Positions 19,468 through 32,411 of a stretch of 64,000 nucleotides of DNA are shown one piece after another. Source of the stretch: an uncultured Holophagales bacterium. GTDB taxonomy: Bacteria; Acidobacteriota; Thermoanaerobaculia; Multivoradales; UBA5704. Made by a program: the position numbers and the translations under genes. The DNA is taken from contig CAWJGT010000009.1 of the NCBI GenBank assembly GCA_963842525.1, positions 704,001 through 768,000 of the forward strand, written 5' to 3'. Every line of letters starts with the position of its first letter. Positions within the stretch are counted from its first letter, which is position 1. The notes beneath the pieces are model-generated. The model was not told the origin of the DNA. It worked only from the letters and a program-made list of their open reading frames with translations, and did not search any database.

Positions 19468-20218
19468 GTGCCGACCTCCCCTACCGAACCGGCGCTCGAA
19501 ACCGATCGGGTCACGAAGACCTACGGTGACGGCACGGTCGCGCTGGAGGAGGTCTCCCTGGCTGTGGCGCCCGGCGAGACGGTCGCCCTGGTGGGCGAGA
19601 GCGGCAGCGGCAAGACGACCCTGCTGCGGATGTTCAACCGCATGGTCGAGCCCACGGCCGGGAAGGTCCGGGTCGAGGGCCGGCCCACCGCCGAGATCGA
19701 TCCCTTCGCGTTGCGCCGGGGGATCGGCTACGTGCAGCAGGACGGCGGCCTGCTCCCCCATTGGCGGGTGGAGCGCAACGTCGAGCTCGTGCCGCGGCTC
19801 CTGGGCTGGGAGCCGGCGCGCCGGCAGGACCGGACGCGGGAGGTGCTGGAGCTGGTGGGGCTCGCCCCAGACGTCCACGGCCGGCGCTACCCGGCCGAGC
19901 TCTCCGGAGGGCAGCGCCAGCGCGTCGCCTTCGCCCGCGCCCTGGCCGCCGATCCGCCGATCCTCCTCCTCGACGAGCCCTTCGGCGCTCTCGACGCTCT
20001 GACCCGCCTGGAAGCTCCAGCGGCAGTTCCTGGACCTGCAAAGCCGGCTGCGCAAGACCATGGTCCTGGTGACCCACGACCTCGCCGAGGCCTTCCGCCT
20101 CGCCAGCCGGGTAGGCGTCATGCGCAGCGGTCGTCTCCTTCAACTCGGTCCCGCCGAAGACCTCCGCGAGCGTCCGGCAGACCCCTATGTGCAAGCCCTC
20201 CTGGAGGTGGTCCGGTGA
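19468..20218 (+). CDS. Osmoprotectant ABC importer ATP-binding subunit (frameshift near 20012)
   Basis: GESGSGKTT, LSGGQRQR, LLDEPFGALD; the shifted frame continues LQRQFLDLQSRLRKTMVLVTHD. Confidence 0.85.
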
Positions 20219-21789
20219 AAGGGCTTTGGGTCCTTGTCGTCCTTGCTGTCCTTGTCGTCCTTTTCTCCGCCTCCCCCGCCCAAGCCGCCCCCGACCGCAT
20301 CGTCATCGGCTCCAAGAACTTCGAGGAAAGCCGGCTGCTCGCCGAGATGTTCGCGCAGCTCCTGGAAGCCCGCACCGACCTCCGGGTCGAGCGCCGGCTC
20401 GGGCTCGCCGGCACCCAAGTCTGCTTCGAGGCCCTGCGCAACGGCGCGATCGATATCTATCCCGAATACACGGGCACCGGCCTGGTGACCCTCCTCGGCG
20501 AGACGGCGTCCGGCGGGGCCGCAGAAAAAACACTGAACCGGGTGCGGGCCGAATTCCTCCGCCGCTGGGACCTCTGGTGGGTCGCCCCGCTCGGCTTCGA
20601 GAACTCGTGGGAAATCGCCGTGCCGAAGGAGCTGGCCGAGCGGGAGCGCCTGCGCACAATCTCCGACCTGGCGCGGATCTCGGACCGGCTGCGCGGCGGC
20701 TTCGGCCACGAGTTCGTCGGCCGCGAGGACGGCCTGCCGGGTCTCGAGAAGGTCTACGGCCTCCGCTTCGCCTCGGTCGAGCACCTCCAGCAGGCGCTCC
20801 AGTACCAGGCGGCCGGAGCGCGCCGGATCGATGCCATGGACGCCTACACCACGGACGCCGGCCTGCTGCGCTACGGCCTCGTGGTGCTGGACGACGACAA
20901 GGGGTTTTTTCCACCCTACGAGGCCGCGGCCCTGGTGCGCGGCGCGACCCTCGCCAAGCACCCCGAGGTGGGGACCGTCCTCGGCCTCCTGGCCGGGGCC
21001 TTCGACGAGGAGTCGATGCGCCGGCTCAACTTCCGGCTCCAGGAGGGGCACGAGAAAGAGACTGTCGTGGCCCGCGACGCTCTGCGCGAGCTCGGGCTGG
21101 TCGGCCAACAGGTCGGCGGTCCCGAGGCGGAGCGGCAAGACGATCAGAGCTTGATCGGGTACTTCCGGGCCGAGCGGGGCGACTTGGCTCGGCGCACTGT
21201 CGAGCATCTCGGGCTGTCGGCCGCCGCCCTGCTGCTCGGCGTCCTGGTCGCGGTCCCACTCGGCCTCTGGCTGGAGCGGCAGCGGCGCGGCGCCGAGTCG
21301 GTCATCCGGCTCCTCGGCCTCACCCAGACCGTCCCTTCGCTGGCCTTGCTGGCCTTCATGGTCCCCTTCCTGGGCGTGGGCGTGGTCCCCGCGCTCGTCG
21401 CGCTCTGGATCTATGCGCTCTTTCCGATCGTGAGAAACACCTACACCGGTGTGCGGGACGCGGATCCGCGGGCCGTCGAGGCGGCCACGGCTCTGGGGAT
21501 GACGCCTGGACAGGTGCTGCGGCAGGTGCGGCTGCCCCTCGCCGCGCCGATCATCCTCGCCGGGGTCCGGACGGCCGGCGTGATCACCGTCGGCACGGCC
21601 ACGCTGGCCGCCTTCATCGGAGCGGGCGGCCTGGGCGAGCCGATCGTCACCGGCCTCCAGCTCGCCGACGCGCGCATGATCCTCTCCGGAGCCATCCCCG
21701 CCGCCCTCCTCGCCCTGCTCGTGGACGGCGTCCTGGGTCTCGTCGAGCGGATCGTGCGGCCGGCCCTCAGCTCGGCCGGACCGTCTTGA
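20215..21789 (+). CDS. Glycine betaine/osmoprotectant ABC substrate-binding + permease fusion
   Basis: IGSKNFEE, DIYPEYTGT, FFPPY (OpuAC/OsmF-type); TVPSLAL, EAATALGM, FIGAGGLG (permease). Confidence 0.88.
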   Translation: MKGLWVLVVLAVLVVLFSASPAQAAPDRIVIGSKNFEESRLLAEMFAQLLEARTDLRVERRLGLAGTQVCFEALRNGAIDIYPEYTGTGLVTLLGETASGGAAEKTLNRVRAEFLRRWDLWWVAPLGFENSWEIAVPKELAERERLRTISDLARISDRLRGGFGHEFVGREDGLPGLEKVYGLRFASVEHLQQALQYQAAGARRIDAMDAYTTDAGLLRYGLVVLDDDKGFFPPYEAAALVRGATLAKHPEVGTVLGLLAGAFDEESMRRLNFRLQEGHEKETVVARDALRELGLVGQQVGGPEAERQDDQSLIGYFRAERGDLARRTVEHLGLSAAALLLGVLVAVPLGLWLERQRRGAESVIRLLGLTQTVPSLALLAFMVPFLGVGVVPALVALWIYALFPIVRNTYTGVRDADPRAVEAATALGMTPGQVLRQVRLPLAAPIILAGVRTAGVITVGTATLAAFIGAGGLGEPIVTGLQLADARMILSGAIPAALLALLVDGVLGLVERIVRPALSSAGPS

Positions 21790-22018
21790 CCTGTTCGGCC
21801 CCGTCCGCCGTCAGGAAGTACCAGGTCCCGGCGGCGTTCGGCTTGAGCCAGCCCTTCTCCACCATCCCCTTCAATGCCTGGTCGAGGTCGACGCCGGGGG
21901 GCTGCACGTAGCGGATCGCCTGGGCACGCATCCCATATCCAGGCTGGACGCCCCCTGCACGGTGGCACCTCTCGTGGAACCGGGCGAGGATCGCCTGCTC
22001 AGCCTTCGAAAGCTCCAT
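21767..22018 (-). CDS. Small hypothetical protein (winged-helix-like)
   Basis: AGGAGG RBS before ATG; ALKGMVEKGWL...YFLTADG pattern. Confidence 0.6.
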   Translation of the reverse strand: MELSKAEQAILARFHERCHRAGGVQPGYGMRAQAIRYVQPPGVDLDQALKGMVEKGWLKPNAAGTWYFLTADGAEQVKTVRPS

Positions 22019-22894
22019 AGCGCCCCTCCTTGAAAAAGCGTGCGGATTGTACCTTAGTGTGCCACTGCGGCCCGATCAACGTCCCCCCAGACCCGGGCGC
22101 TGCGTGTAAGTTGTTTGTTTTCAGCGGCTGCACTTTTCACTAGCGCTCCCGGGTCACTTGGGGGTACCAAAGTGTCAACAAAGACAGCTTGCCCGGGGGC
22201 ACCGCGCCGGCCGTTGAGCCCTTGGGGTCACGGCCTCTTGAAGGAGAAAACCCGAGACCCTCTCCCGAGTATGCCATCGCCGGCTTGGGTCGGCTCGCCT
22301 CGGCCCTGCACTCCCGTGAGCAAGGCGTCTGCGCCATCGCCGGCCGGCGCGGTTTCCCTCGCCTCTCACCCGTTGCTCGCGATCTTGATTTTGCTCCAGC
22401 AGCCAGATCAACGCCAAGCCGTCTGACAGCTCCTCTGAGCCTGGGGCCGCTTGGGCTGTCCCGTACCCCTGCCGCCGGCCGGGAAAACGCCATAGAGGGC
22501 CTTGCAGAGGCCCTGGAGCCGCCTGGATCGCCAGCAACTCAGCCGCGGCCAGCGAGTGGCCCAGCCGCTTGGCTCGCCAGTCGGTCCGCGCGCCTGGCCC
22601 GCCAGCAGCCTACATCGGCAGCCTACCATCTAGGGTCCCGCTCGCCACGGTACCTTGAGCCCCGGTTCTGGGTGAAGTGGGCGGCGGGGTGGCTGGCAGC
22701 GGTGCGCTGTTTCATCCCTGGATCGCCGGAAGGCAGGCCGACAAGTCCCCGCTTTGAGATCTAGTGAGAAAATTTTAGATCGTCACTCCGAGATTTCTGA
22801 GGTTTCGTTCCGTTCCTCTGAAATTTCCATCCGCGAGAGAGCTGAACCGAAGGGGGCGGAGGGGGGTGGGGGCCGCAGGATTTGCCGCGCAAAG

Positions 22895-23040
22895 CCGCAC
22901 GCAAGTCCGCACGCGGCTCTGGGGAGCTGCGCGCAGGTCTGCACGCAAGTCCGCACGCGGCTACGCAGGCCTACACGCAGGCCTGGGCGGGCTTGGGGCG
23001 GCTCTGCAACTCACTTGATATAGTCAAATGTCTATATAAA
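22895..23040 (+). repeat. Short iteron-like direct repeats followed by an AT-rich tract
   Basis: ccgcacgcaagt/ccgcacgcggct/ctgcacgcaagt/ccgcacgcggct/ctacacgcaggc then cttgatatagtcaaatgtctatataaa. Confidence 0.55.
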
Positions 23041-24111
23041 TCCCCTATGGCTCCCCATCGCCCCGTCTGCGCTGGACGCAAACGGCCCGTCGCGAAGCTC
23101 AGGCTACCGCGGGGATGCCCCTCCCGCCCACGGCTCTCTGGTTAGCTTCCATGACGACGGCAAACCTTCCGCGCCACCACCCGCGTCCCGGAGCTCATTG
23201 AAGGCGGGCTCTTACGGTCTGTTGACATAAGAGATATGCCCCGCGCCAGGCACCCTGGCTGGGATGACCACGCCACCCGACCACCTCTCGCCGCCCAGCT
23301 CCAGGCCGGCGATGCAGCTCCCGGTTTCGCTTCCCGAAAGGTTGCCCGACTCCCGCAGCCTGAGAGGGGAGGGCGCCACCCGCTCACCTGCGCGAGCGTC
23401 CCATCCCGCCGCGGTGGTGGCAACCTTGCCGCCATCCACCCGCGTCCTCGGAACTCCCTCGAAGGCGCGCACCTCGCTCTCCCTCGCCCCCATCCACCGC
23501 CGCGCTTCGCGCGGGATGATGCTGCCGACCCATGGTCCAAATTTCTACGGATTCAGGTGATCGGCAACTCACACCATCACTCCGCGCGCCAGGGCGATAG
23601 CAGCGCCACCACCTCGCCCTCTCGTCGGCCAACTCCCGTGGTGATGGCAGGCGCAGCAGGTTTCATAGTTATTCGACCGCGGTCGCCGCGGAGATGGCAG
23701 CGTCCATCCCCGTGCGCCAAGCAGGCGCCGTAGGGACGACTACCCCCCCGCCACCCCTTCGCCGGCCAGCTCCCGCGCCGATGGGCAGCGCCCCACCCCC
23801 ATCCCGCAGCTCAGGTGCGCCTCTTGTATGTTGACGAAAAGACATTGCCACCCGCGCTCCGGAGCTGCTCGCGAAGTCCCACCAGCCCGCTGACGCACAC
23901 GCCCCCCGCGCGCCAGGCAGCAGCCGCCGCGGCGATGACCACGCCCCCCGTCCGCCTCTCACCGGCCAGCTCCCGCGTCGTTTCCGGAAACGATATCCGG
24001 CTCCCGCAGCCCCAGGCGGGGACGGCGGCGCCCCGCCGACCACCCGGGCGAGGTCGATCCGCCGCGGCGACGGCAACGTCCCCGCCACCCACCCGCGTCC
24101 TCGGAGCTCCC

Positions 24112-26925
24112 GGGGGCGCTCCGCCGAACTGCTCCCACCCTCTATACGCTCAGCCTCTTCGCAGCCGGAGCCTCCATCCTGCAAGGCCGGGTGGCCGCCC
24201 CGGAGCCTACGGTCGTGAACGCCGGCCTCCGGTCCTCCGGCGCGCCCGCCCAATTCCCCTGCCCCCGCCCATTTGATGGGGAGGGCCTGCGAGCATTCGT
24301 GCCCCGCCAGAGTAGCTCCGGCTCGGCCCACCTATCCGACCGCCCGCTCCGCCGACCGGAGCTACTCTGGCGGTAGAGCCATCGTGGCTCCCGCAGCTTT
24401 CCGCCCCGCAGATCGGCTCCGCGCGGGGCGCTCCGCCGAACTGCTCCCGCCCTCTCTGCGCTCGACCTCTTCGCAGTCGGAGCCTCCATCCTGCAAGGCC
24501 GGGTGGGCGCGCCGAAGCCTGCGGTCGTGAACAGCCGTCCTCCGGTCCTTCGGCGCGCCCACCCAATCCCCGGCCGCCCACCCATTTGATGGGGAGGGCC
24601 CGCGAGCTGTCGTGTCTCGCCAGAGAAGCTCCGGCTCGGCCCACCACCCGCCCACCCGCTCCGCCGACCGGAGCTACTCTGGCGGTAGAGCCATCGTGGG
24701 TCCCGCAGCTTTCCGCCCCGCAGCTTGACTCCGCTGGCGCTCCGCAACCTGCTCCCACCCGCGCGAGGTCCGCCCGCCGGCGGTGACGGCGGCCGTCTTT
24801 TGAAAAGGTCGGGTGGCCGCGCCAGAGCCTGCGGCCGTGAAAGGCCGTTCTCCGGTCCTCCGGCGCGCCCACCCAATCTCCCGGCCGTCCGCCCATTTTG
24901 ATTTCCCCCGCGCGCGGGATCGGCACAGTGCGCGTGACCACCGGCCGGCCGCCCACTCACGAGCACAGTGCGCGACCCGCTCCACCCACCAGACAAGGTC
25001 CGGCAGCTTGGCTCCGCAAGCTCCACCAACCTGCCGAATCCATTTCGATCTCCACCGACGCAGCTTGACTCCGCTGACGCTCCGCAACCTGTCCCACCCG
25101 CGCGAACCTCATCGGCGGGCGGTGACGGCGGCCGTCTTCTGAAAAGGCCGGGTGGCCGCCCCGGAGCCTACGGCCGCGAACAGCCGTCCTCCGGTCCTCC
25201 GGCGCGCCCACCCAATTCCCCGGCCGCCCGCCCATTTGATGGGGAAGGCCTGCGAGCGTTCGTGCCCTGCCAGAGAAGCTCCGGCTCGGCCCACCTATCC
25301 GCCCACCCGCTCCGCCGACCGGAGCTACTCTGGCGGTGAGCCATCGTGGTCCCCGCAGCTTTCCGCCCCGCAGATCAGCTCCGCGCGGGGCGCTCCGCCG
25401 AACTGCTCCCACCCTCTCTGCGCTCAGCCTCTTCGCATTCGGAGCCTCCATCCTGCAAGGCCGGGCGGCCGCCCCGAAGCCTACGGCCGTGAGCAGCCGT
25501 CCTCCGGTCCTCCGGCGCGCCCACCCAATTCCCCGGCCGCCCACCCATTTGATGGGGAGGCCCGCGAGCTGCCGTGCCCCGCCCAGAGAAGCTCCGGCTC
25601 GGCCCACCACCCGCCCACCCGCTCCGCCGACCGGAGCTACTCTGGCGGTAGCCATCGTGGGTCCCGCAAGCTTTCCGCCCCGCAGCTTGACTCCGCTGGC
25701 GCTCCGCAACCTGCTCCCACCCGCGCGAGGTCCACCCGCCGGCGGTGACGGCGGCCGTCTTTTGAAAAGGCCGGGTGGGCGCGCCAGAGCCTGCGGCCGT
25801 GAACAGCCTGCCTCCGGTCCTCCGGCGCGCCCACCCAATCTCCCGGCCGCCCGCCCATTTGATTTCCCCCGCGCGCGGAATCGGCACAGTGCACGTGACC
25901 ACCACCCAGGCCGCCCACTCACGAGCACAGTGCGCGACCCGCTCCACCCACCAGACAAGGTCCGGCAGATTGGCTCCGCAAGCTCCGCCAACCTGCCGAA
26001 TTCATTTCGATCTCCGCCGACGCAGCTTGACTCCGCTGACGCTCTGCAACCTGCTCCCGCCCGCTCAAGCTCCATCCGAAGGTGGGGGAGGGCAACGTAT
26101 CCAGCGGAGCTCCCGAGAAGGCGCGCCCCCACAAAGACGCTGGCGCAAAACCCACCACCCCGCGCGCCGGGCAGCCGCCGCGGGGATGGCAGCGTCCCGC
26201 CACCCGCGCAAGGCCCAGCCAGCCGTGGGGATGGCAACGTCCCTCCACCCACCCGCGTCCTCGGATCTTTCCTCGCAGGCGCGCCCCCACAAGACGCTGC
26301 GCAAAGCCCGCCGCCCCGCGCGCCGGGCACCGCCGTGGGAGGGCAGCACCCCGCCACCCGACCCTCTCAAGGTCCATTCCGCCGTGGGGATGGCAGCCGT
26401 GTTTCAATAAGGCCGGGTGGCCGCCCCGGAGACTGTGGTCGTGGAAAGCCTGCCGTCGATCCGCCGGTGCGCCCACCCAATCCCCGGCCTCCCACCCCAT
26501 TTTGATGTCCCCCACCCTCCGGCCCGGGAGCTGCCCGCCCCTGGCTCCGGCGGGGGCGGCTCCCCCTCCCACCGGGCGAGGGTCCGATAAATGAACGACT
26601 TTATCCGACCCTCGCCCTGCGCCACTCCCCGCCTACGGGCTTCGCCTTAACATAATGAACTGCACTATGTTAACCAGGGGGGGCACCTACCCGGGCCTCC
26701 CCCCGCAGCAAGGTCCGGCAGATTGGCTCCGCAGGCCGCTGGGAGCCATGTCTTCGAAGCGCTCCGCCAACCTGCCGGGTTTATTCGACCACCCCGCCCC
26801 GCCCATCCCCCTCCGGCCCCTTCCAGGGGCCTCGGCCGAAGGCCGGGTGGCCCCGCTAAGCCTGCGGCCGTGAGAAGTCGGCCTCCGGTCCTCCAGCGGG
26901 CCCACCCAATCCCGAGCCGATTTCA
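24112..26925. repeat. Non-coding array of ~310-bp units with a ~960-bp higher-order period
   Basis: Conserved ~95-bp core AAGGCCGGGTGG...CCTCCGGTCCTCCGGCGCGCCCACCCAAT...CCCATTTGAT starts at 24183, 24495, 24805, 25144, 25457, 25767, 26409, 26839. Confidence 0.92.
26574..26673. other. Two adjacent inverted repeats, candidate recombinase binding sites
   Basis: GGGCGAGGGTCCGATAAA-tgaacgac-TTTATCCGACCCTCGCCC and TTAACATAATG-aactg-CACTATGTTAA. Confidence 0.6.
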
Positions 26926-27027
26926 TCCCCGCCCGCCACCCCCAACCGCCGCCCGGCGGGGCCGTCCACCACCCTTCCTGCGAGTGTTCAGCTACAGCGG
27001 CTTAAATAAGACGGTTTCGCCCCCTCA

Positions 27028-27470
27028 AAAATCGCGGAAAACCCAATCCCGGCGGCCCTTTTCCCTGTGGAAAAAACGGAACTGGGTTTCGTTTTTGGAG
27101 CTGTGCAGGGAGGCGGGGGGGTCTGCGCGACGGATGAGCGCGGCCAAAACCAAGCTGGACGGGCGTTTCCGCGACGCCGCCCGGCCGGAAAAAGCACTCA
27201 GCAGAAGCGGACTTTTGTTGAATCCTCCCGCCGCTCCCTCTACGGCCTGAGCGGGCTCGACCGCAGCATCATTCGCTGCACCCGCGCCAGCCGCCGCGCC
27301 CCCCTCCCGAACCTCTCCCGCCCCATGGTTTTAACTACCTTCCTGCGGTTGCCTTTCTGCGCCGGTTAGAACCGGCTTTTTGATCTCCCCAAATCGCGGG
27401 AAACTCAATCCCGGCGGCCTTTTCCCCTGTGGAAAAAACGAAACCAGTTCCGTTTTCCGTAGTGGAGGCG
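27028..27470. repeat. ~80-bp direct repeat pair containing a hairpin
   Basis: aaatcgcggaaaacccaatcccggcggcccttttccctgtggaaaaaacg (~27029) vs aaatcgcgggaaactcaatcccggcggccttttcccctgtggaaaaaacg (27391). Confidence 0.8.
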
Positions 27471-27636
27471 GCCGAGAGAAGGTCTGGACGACGGTTCACC
27501 ACAGCCAAACCCTTGCCAGACAAGCACTTCCGAGATGCCACCCAGCCGGAAACCGCGGTGATCAGAATAACGTTTTTGGTCACTCCGCACCAGCGGACGC
27601 ACCTGTCTCTGCGACCCTGCCCAGGACGGCGATCGG

Positions 27637-28686
27637 CTACGGCCGGATGGCCACCTTGAGCACGCCGTCCCGTCGCTCCCCGAAGACGTCATAGGCCTCG
27701 CGATCTGGTCGAGCGGGAAGGTGTGGGTGAGGAGAGGCGTCAGGTCCACCGTCCGTGACGGACGATCTCCATCAGCCGCCGCATCCGCTCCTTGCCGCCC
27801 GGGCACAGGGTCGTCACGATGCGGTGGTCGCCCAGCCCGGCGGCGAAGGCGTCGTATGGGATCTGGAGCTTGCCCGAGTAGACGCCCAGGCTGGAAAGCG
27901 TCCCGCCGGGCCGCAGGCAGCGCAGGCGTTCTCGAACGTCCCCTGCGTACCGAGCGCCTCGATCGCCACGTCCACGCCGCCGCCGGTCAGCCTCTTGACC
28001 TCGGCGACCACGTCCACCTTGCGGTAATCGAGGACCACGTCCGCGCCCATGCGCTTCGCCATCGCGAGGCGGGTCTCGTCGCCGTCGACGCCGATGACCA
28101 GCGACGCGCCCATGAGCTTCGCGCCCGCCGTCGCGCAGAGGCCGATCGGCCCCTGGGCGAACACGACGACCGCGTCGCCGATCTTGACCCCGCCCGATTC
28201 GGCGCCGCTAAAGCCGGTGGACGCGATGTCGGCCAGGAGGACGACCTGTTCGTCGGTCAGACCGTCGGGGATCTTGGCGAGGTTGGCCTGGGCATAGGGA
28301 ACCAGCAGGTATTCGGCCTGCGCGCCGTTGATGGTGTTGCCGAAGCGCCAGCCGCCGATCGCCTCGTAGCCTGTGCCGTGCCCGCACTGCGACGGGTGGC
28401 CGCGAAGCAGCCATGGCACTGGCCGCAGGGCGTGATGGCCCCGACCAGCACCCGGTCGCCGACCTCGTACCCGGTGACGCCCGCGCCGAGCTCCGCGATC
28501 ACGCCGACCGGCTCGTGGCCGATGAGAGACCCGGGCGGACCGGATATTCGCCGCGCACGATGTGCAGGTCGGTGCCGCAGATCGTGGTCAGCGTGACACG
28601 GATGACCGCCTCGCCGGGGCCGGCCTCCGGCCGCGGGACCTCGTCGACTCGAATGTCGCCCGTCCGTGAAAGACGGTCGCCTTCAT
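27637..28686 (-). CDS. Zn-dependent alcohol dehydrogenase (several frameshifts)
   Basis: TTICGTDLH, GHEPVG, TPCGQCHGC, LLADIASTG, QGPIGL fragments in successive frames. Confidence 0.85.
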
Positions 28687-28899
28687 GGCCTTCCTCTTTA
28701 GGGTCCTGGGAACTCAGGGCGATCTCTTCGACGGGCGGCAGGAACGGCCGGGCCGGCGCGTCTGTCATGGGGGAGAATCCTCCCTTCCTACGTTCCCTAA
28801 TCTGACAGGCGGGTCTTGCGATGAGTGACACCCTGAAGAAGAGCGGAGCACATAGTACACGGGAGGGCGGGGAGACCCCCGCCCTGTGGGGTGGGGGCC

Positions 28900-31533
<2,634 letters not shown>

Positions 31534-31667
31534 CGAGCCTCCTCACCGTACGCTTCTCGCGGCGATCCTATCCGGCCGTTTCCCGCCAGAAGGCCACCCT
31601 AGGGGGTAGGGACAGCCCTGCCCCACGACAGGTTGCGCCTCGCCGGAAGTCACGGGATGATCCCCCA

Positions 31668-32411
31668 ATGACGCACGCAGAGCCCTTGAAGACCGACGAT
31701 GTCAGGACCGACCAGGACCGCGACTGGCTGCAGACGCCCGAGCAATGGACGCGCTTCCTCTCCGCGCTCATGCATGAGCTGCGGACGCCCATCGCAAGCC
31801 TCCGGATGCTGGCCGATCTGCTGGCCGAATCGTCCCAGGGACACCTCGGCGGCCAGGAAAGACGCTACACCGAAAACATCCAGGAAGTCGTCCAGGACAT
31901 CCAGTCCCTCGCCGGCGACGTGTCTGACCTGGCACGGCTGCTGGCCGGAAGAGCCCAGGTCCGGTCTGAGGAAGTCACCCTGGAGCAGCTCGTCGGTCAG
32001 GTCGAAGAGGCGGTGCGCCCGCAGGCGTGGGAACGCGGGATCGCTCTCATGGACTCTTTGGATCCCGCTCTTCCCCGGCGCGTCCGTACAGACCCGGATC
32101 ACCTGCGGAGAGCGCTGACCCTCGTCCTTGGCGCGGCCGTGAGCCACGCCGAGTCCGAGGTTTTCTTCCGGCTCGACCTGGGCGACGGAGATCTCCGCAT
32201 CGCCATCTCCTCCGACGGAGCGCCCTTCCCTGACACGGAGCCACAGGCCGTCTTCGAGCCCTTTCACGACAGCGTGCGGACAGCCCGCCGGCGCGGCGGA
32301 CGCAGCTTGGCGCTGCCGCTGGCCAACGAGCTGGCGCGAGCACTCGGGGGCACGCTGCGGGCGGGCAACCGTGGCGGCAGGCCCACCTTCGACCTGTCGA
32401 TCAAGATTTGA
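31668..32411 (+). CDS. Short histidine-kinase-like protein (HisKA + degenerate HATPase)
   Basis: [13 protein letters not shown]-box; weak N/G boxes (SSDG, FEPF, LALPLA). Confidence 0.75.
   Translation: MTHAEPLKTDDVRTDQDRDWLQTPEQWTRFLSALMHELRTPIASLRMLADLLAESSQGHLGGQERRYTENIQEVVQDIQSLAGDVSDLARLLAGRAQVRSEEVTLEQLVGQVEEAVRPQAWERGIALMDSLDPALPRRVRTDPDHLRRALTLVLGAAVSHAESEVFFRLDLGDGDLRIAISSDGAPFPDTEPQAVFEPFHDSVRTARRRGGRSLALPLANELARALGGTLRAGNRGGRPTFDLSIKI

Noticed and set aside
19468-21789. Single ATPase-SBP-permease triple fusion (773 aa ORF)
   Set aside because: Artefact of a one-base indel near 20012; the corrected ATPase stops at 20218 with a GTGA overlap.
22781-22860. Possible fifth degenerate copy of the rep leader (cactcc..gattt..gaggt..tcctc.gaa)
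   Set aside because: Similarity is too patchy to support by eye, with no RBS-ATG or upstream palindrome at the expected offset.
24924-25932. CACAGTG heptamers resembling V(D)J/Transib RSS
   Set aside because: No nonamer at 12/23 spacing and no RAG-like transposase; they are part of a short GCAC-A-GTGC palindrome.
26647-26673. Chromosomal dif site
   Set aside because: Both arms are XerD-like and the spacing is not 11-6-11; kept only as a generic recombinase-site candidate.
24112-26925. CRISPR array interpretation of the repeats
   Set aside because: Cores are ~95 bp, the intervening sequences are themselves repeated, the period is ~310 bp and there are no cas genes.
22115-27620. Many 60-466 aa ORFs in the repeat tract
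   Set aside because: Pro/Arg/Gly/Ala-rich translations of GC-rich repeats, with no RBS, no motifs and frame not conserved between copies.
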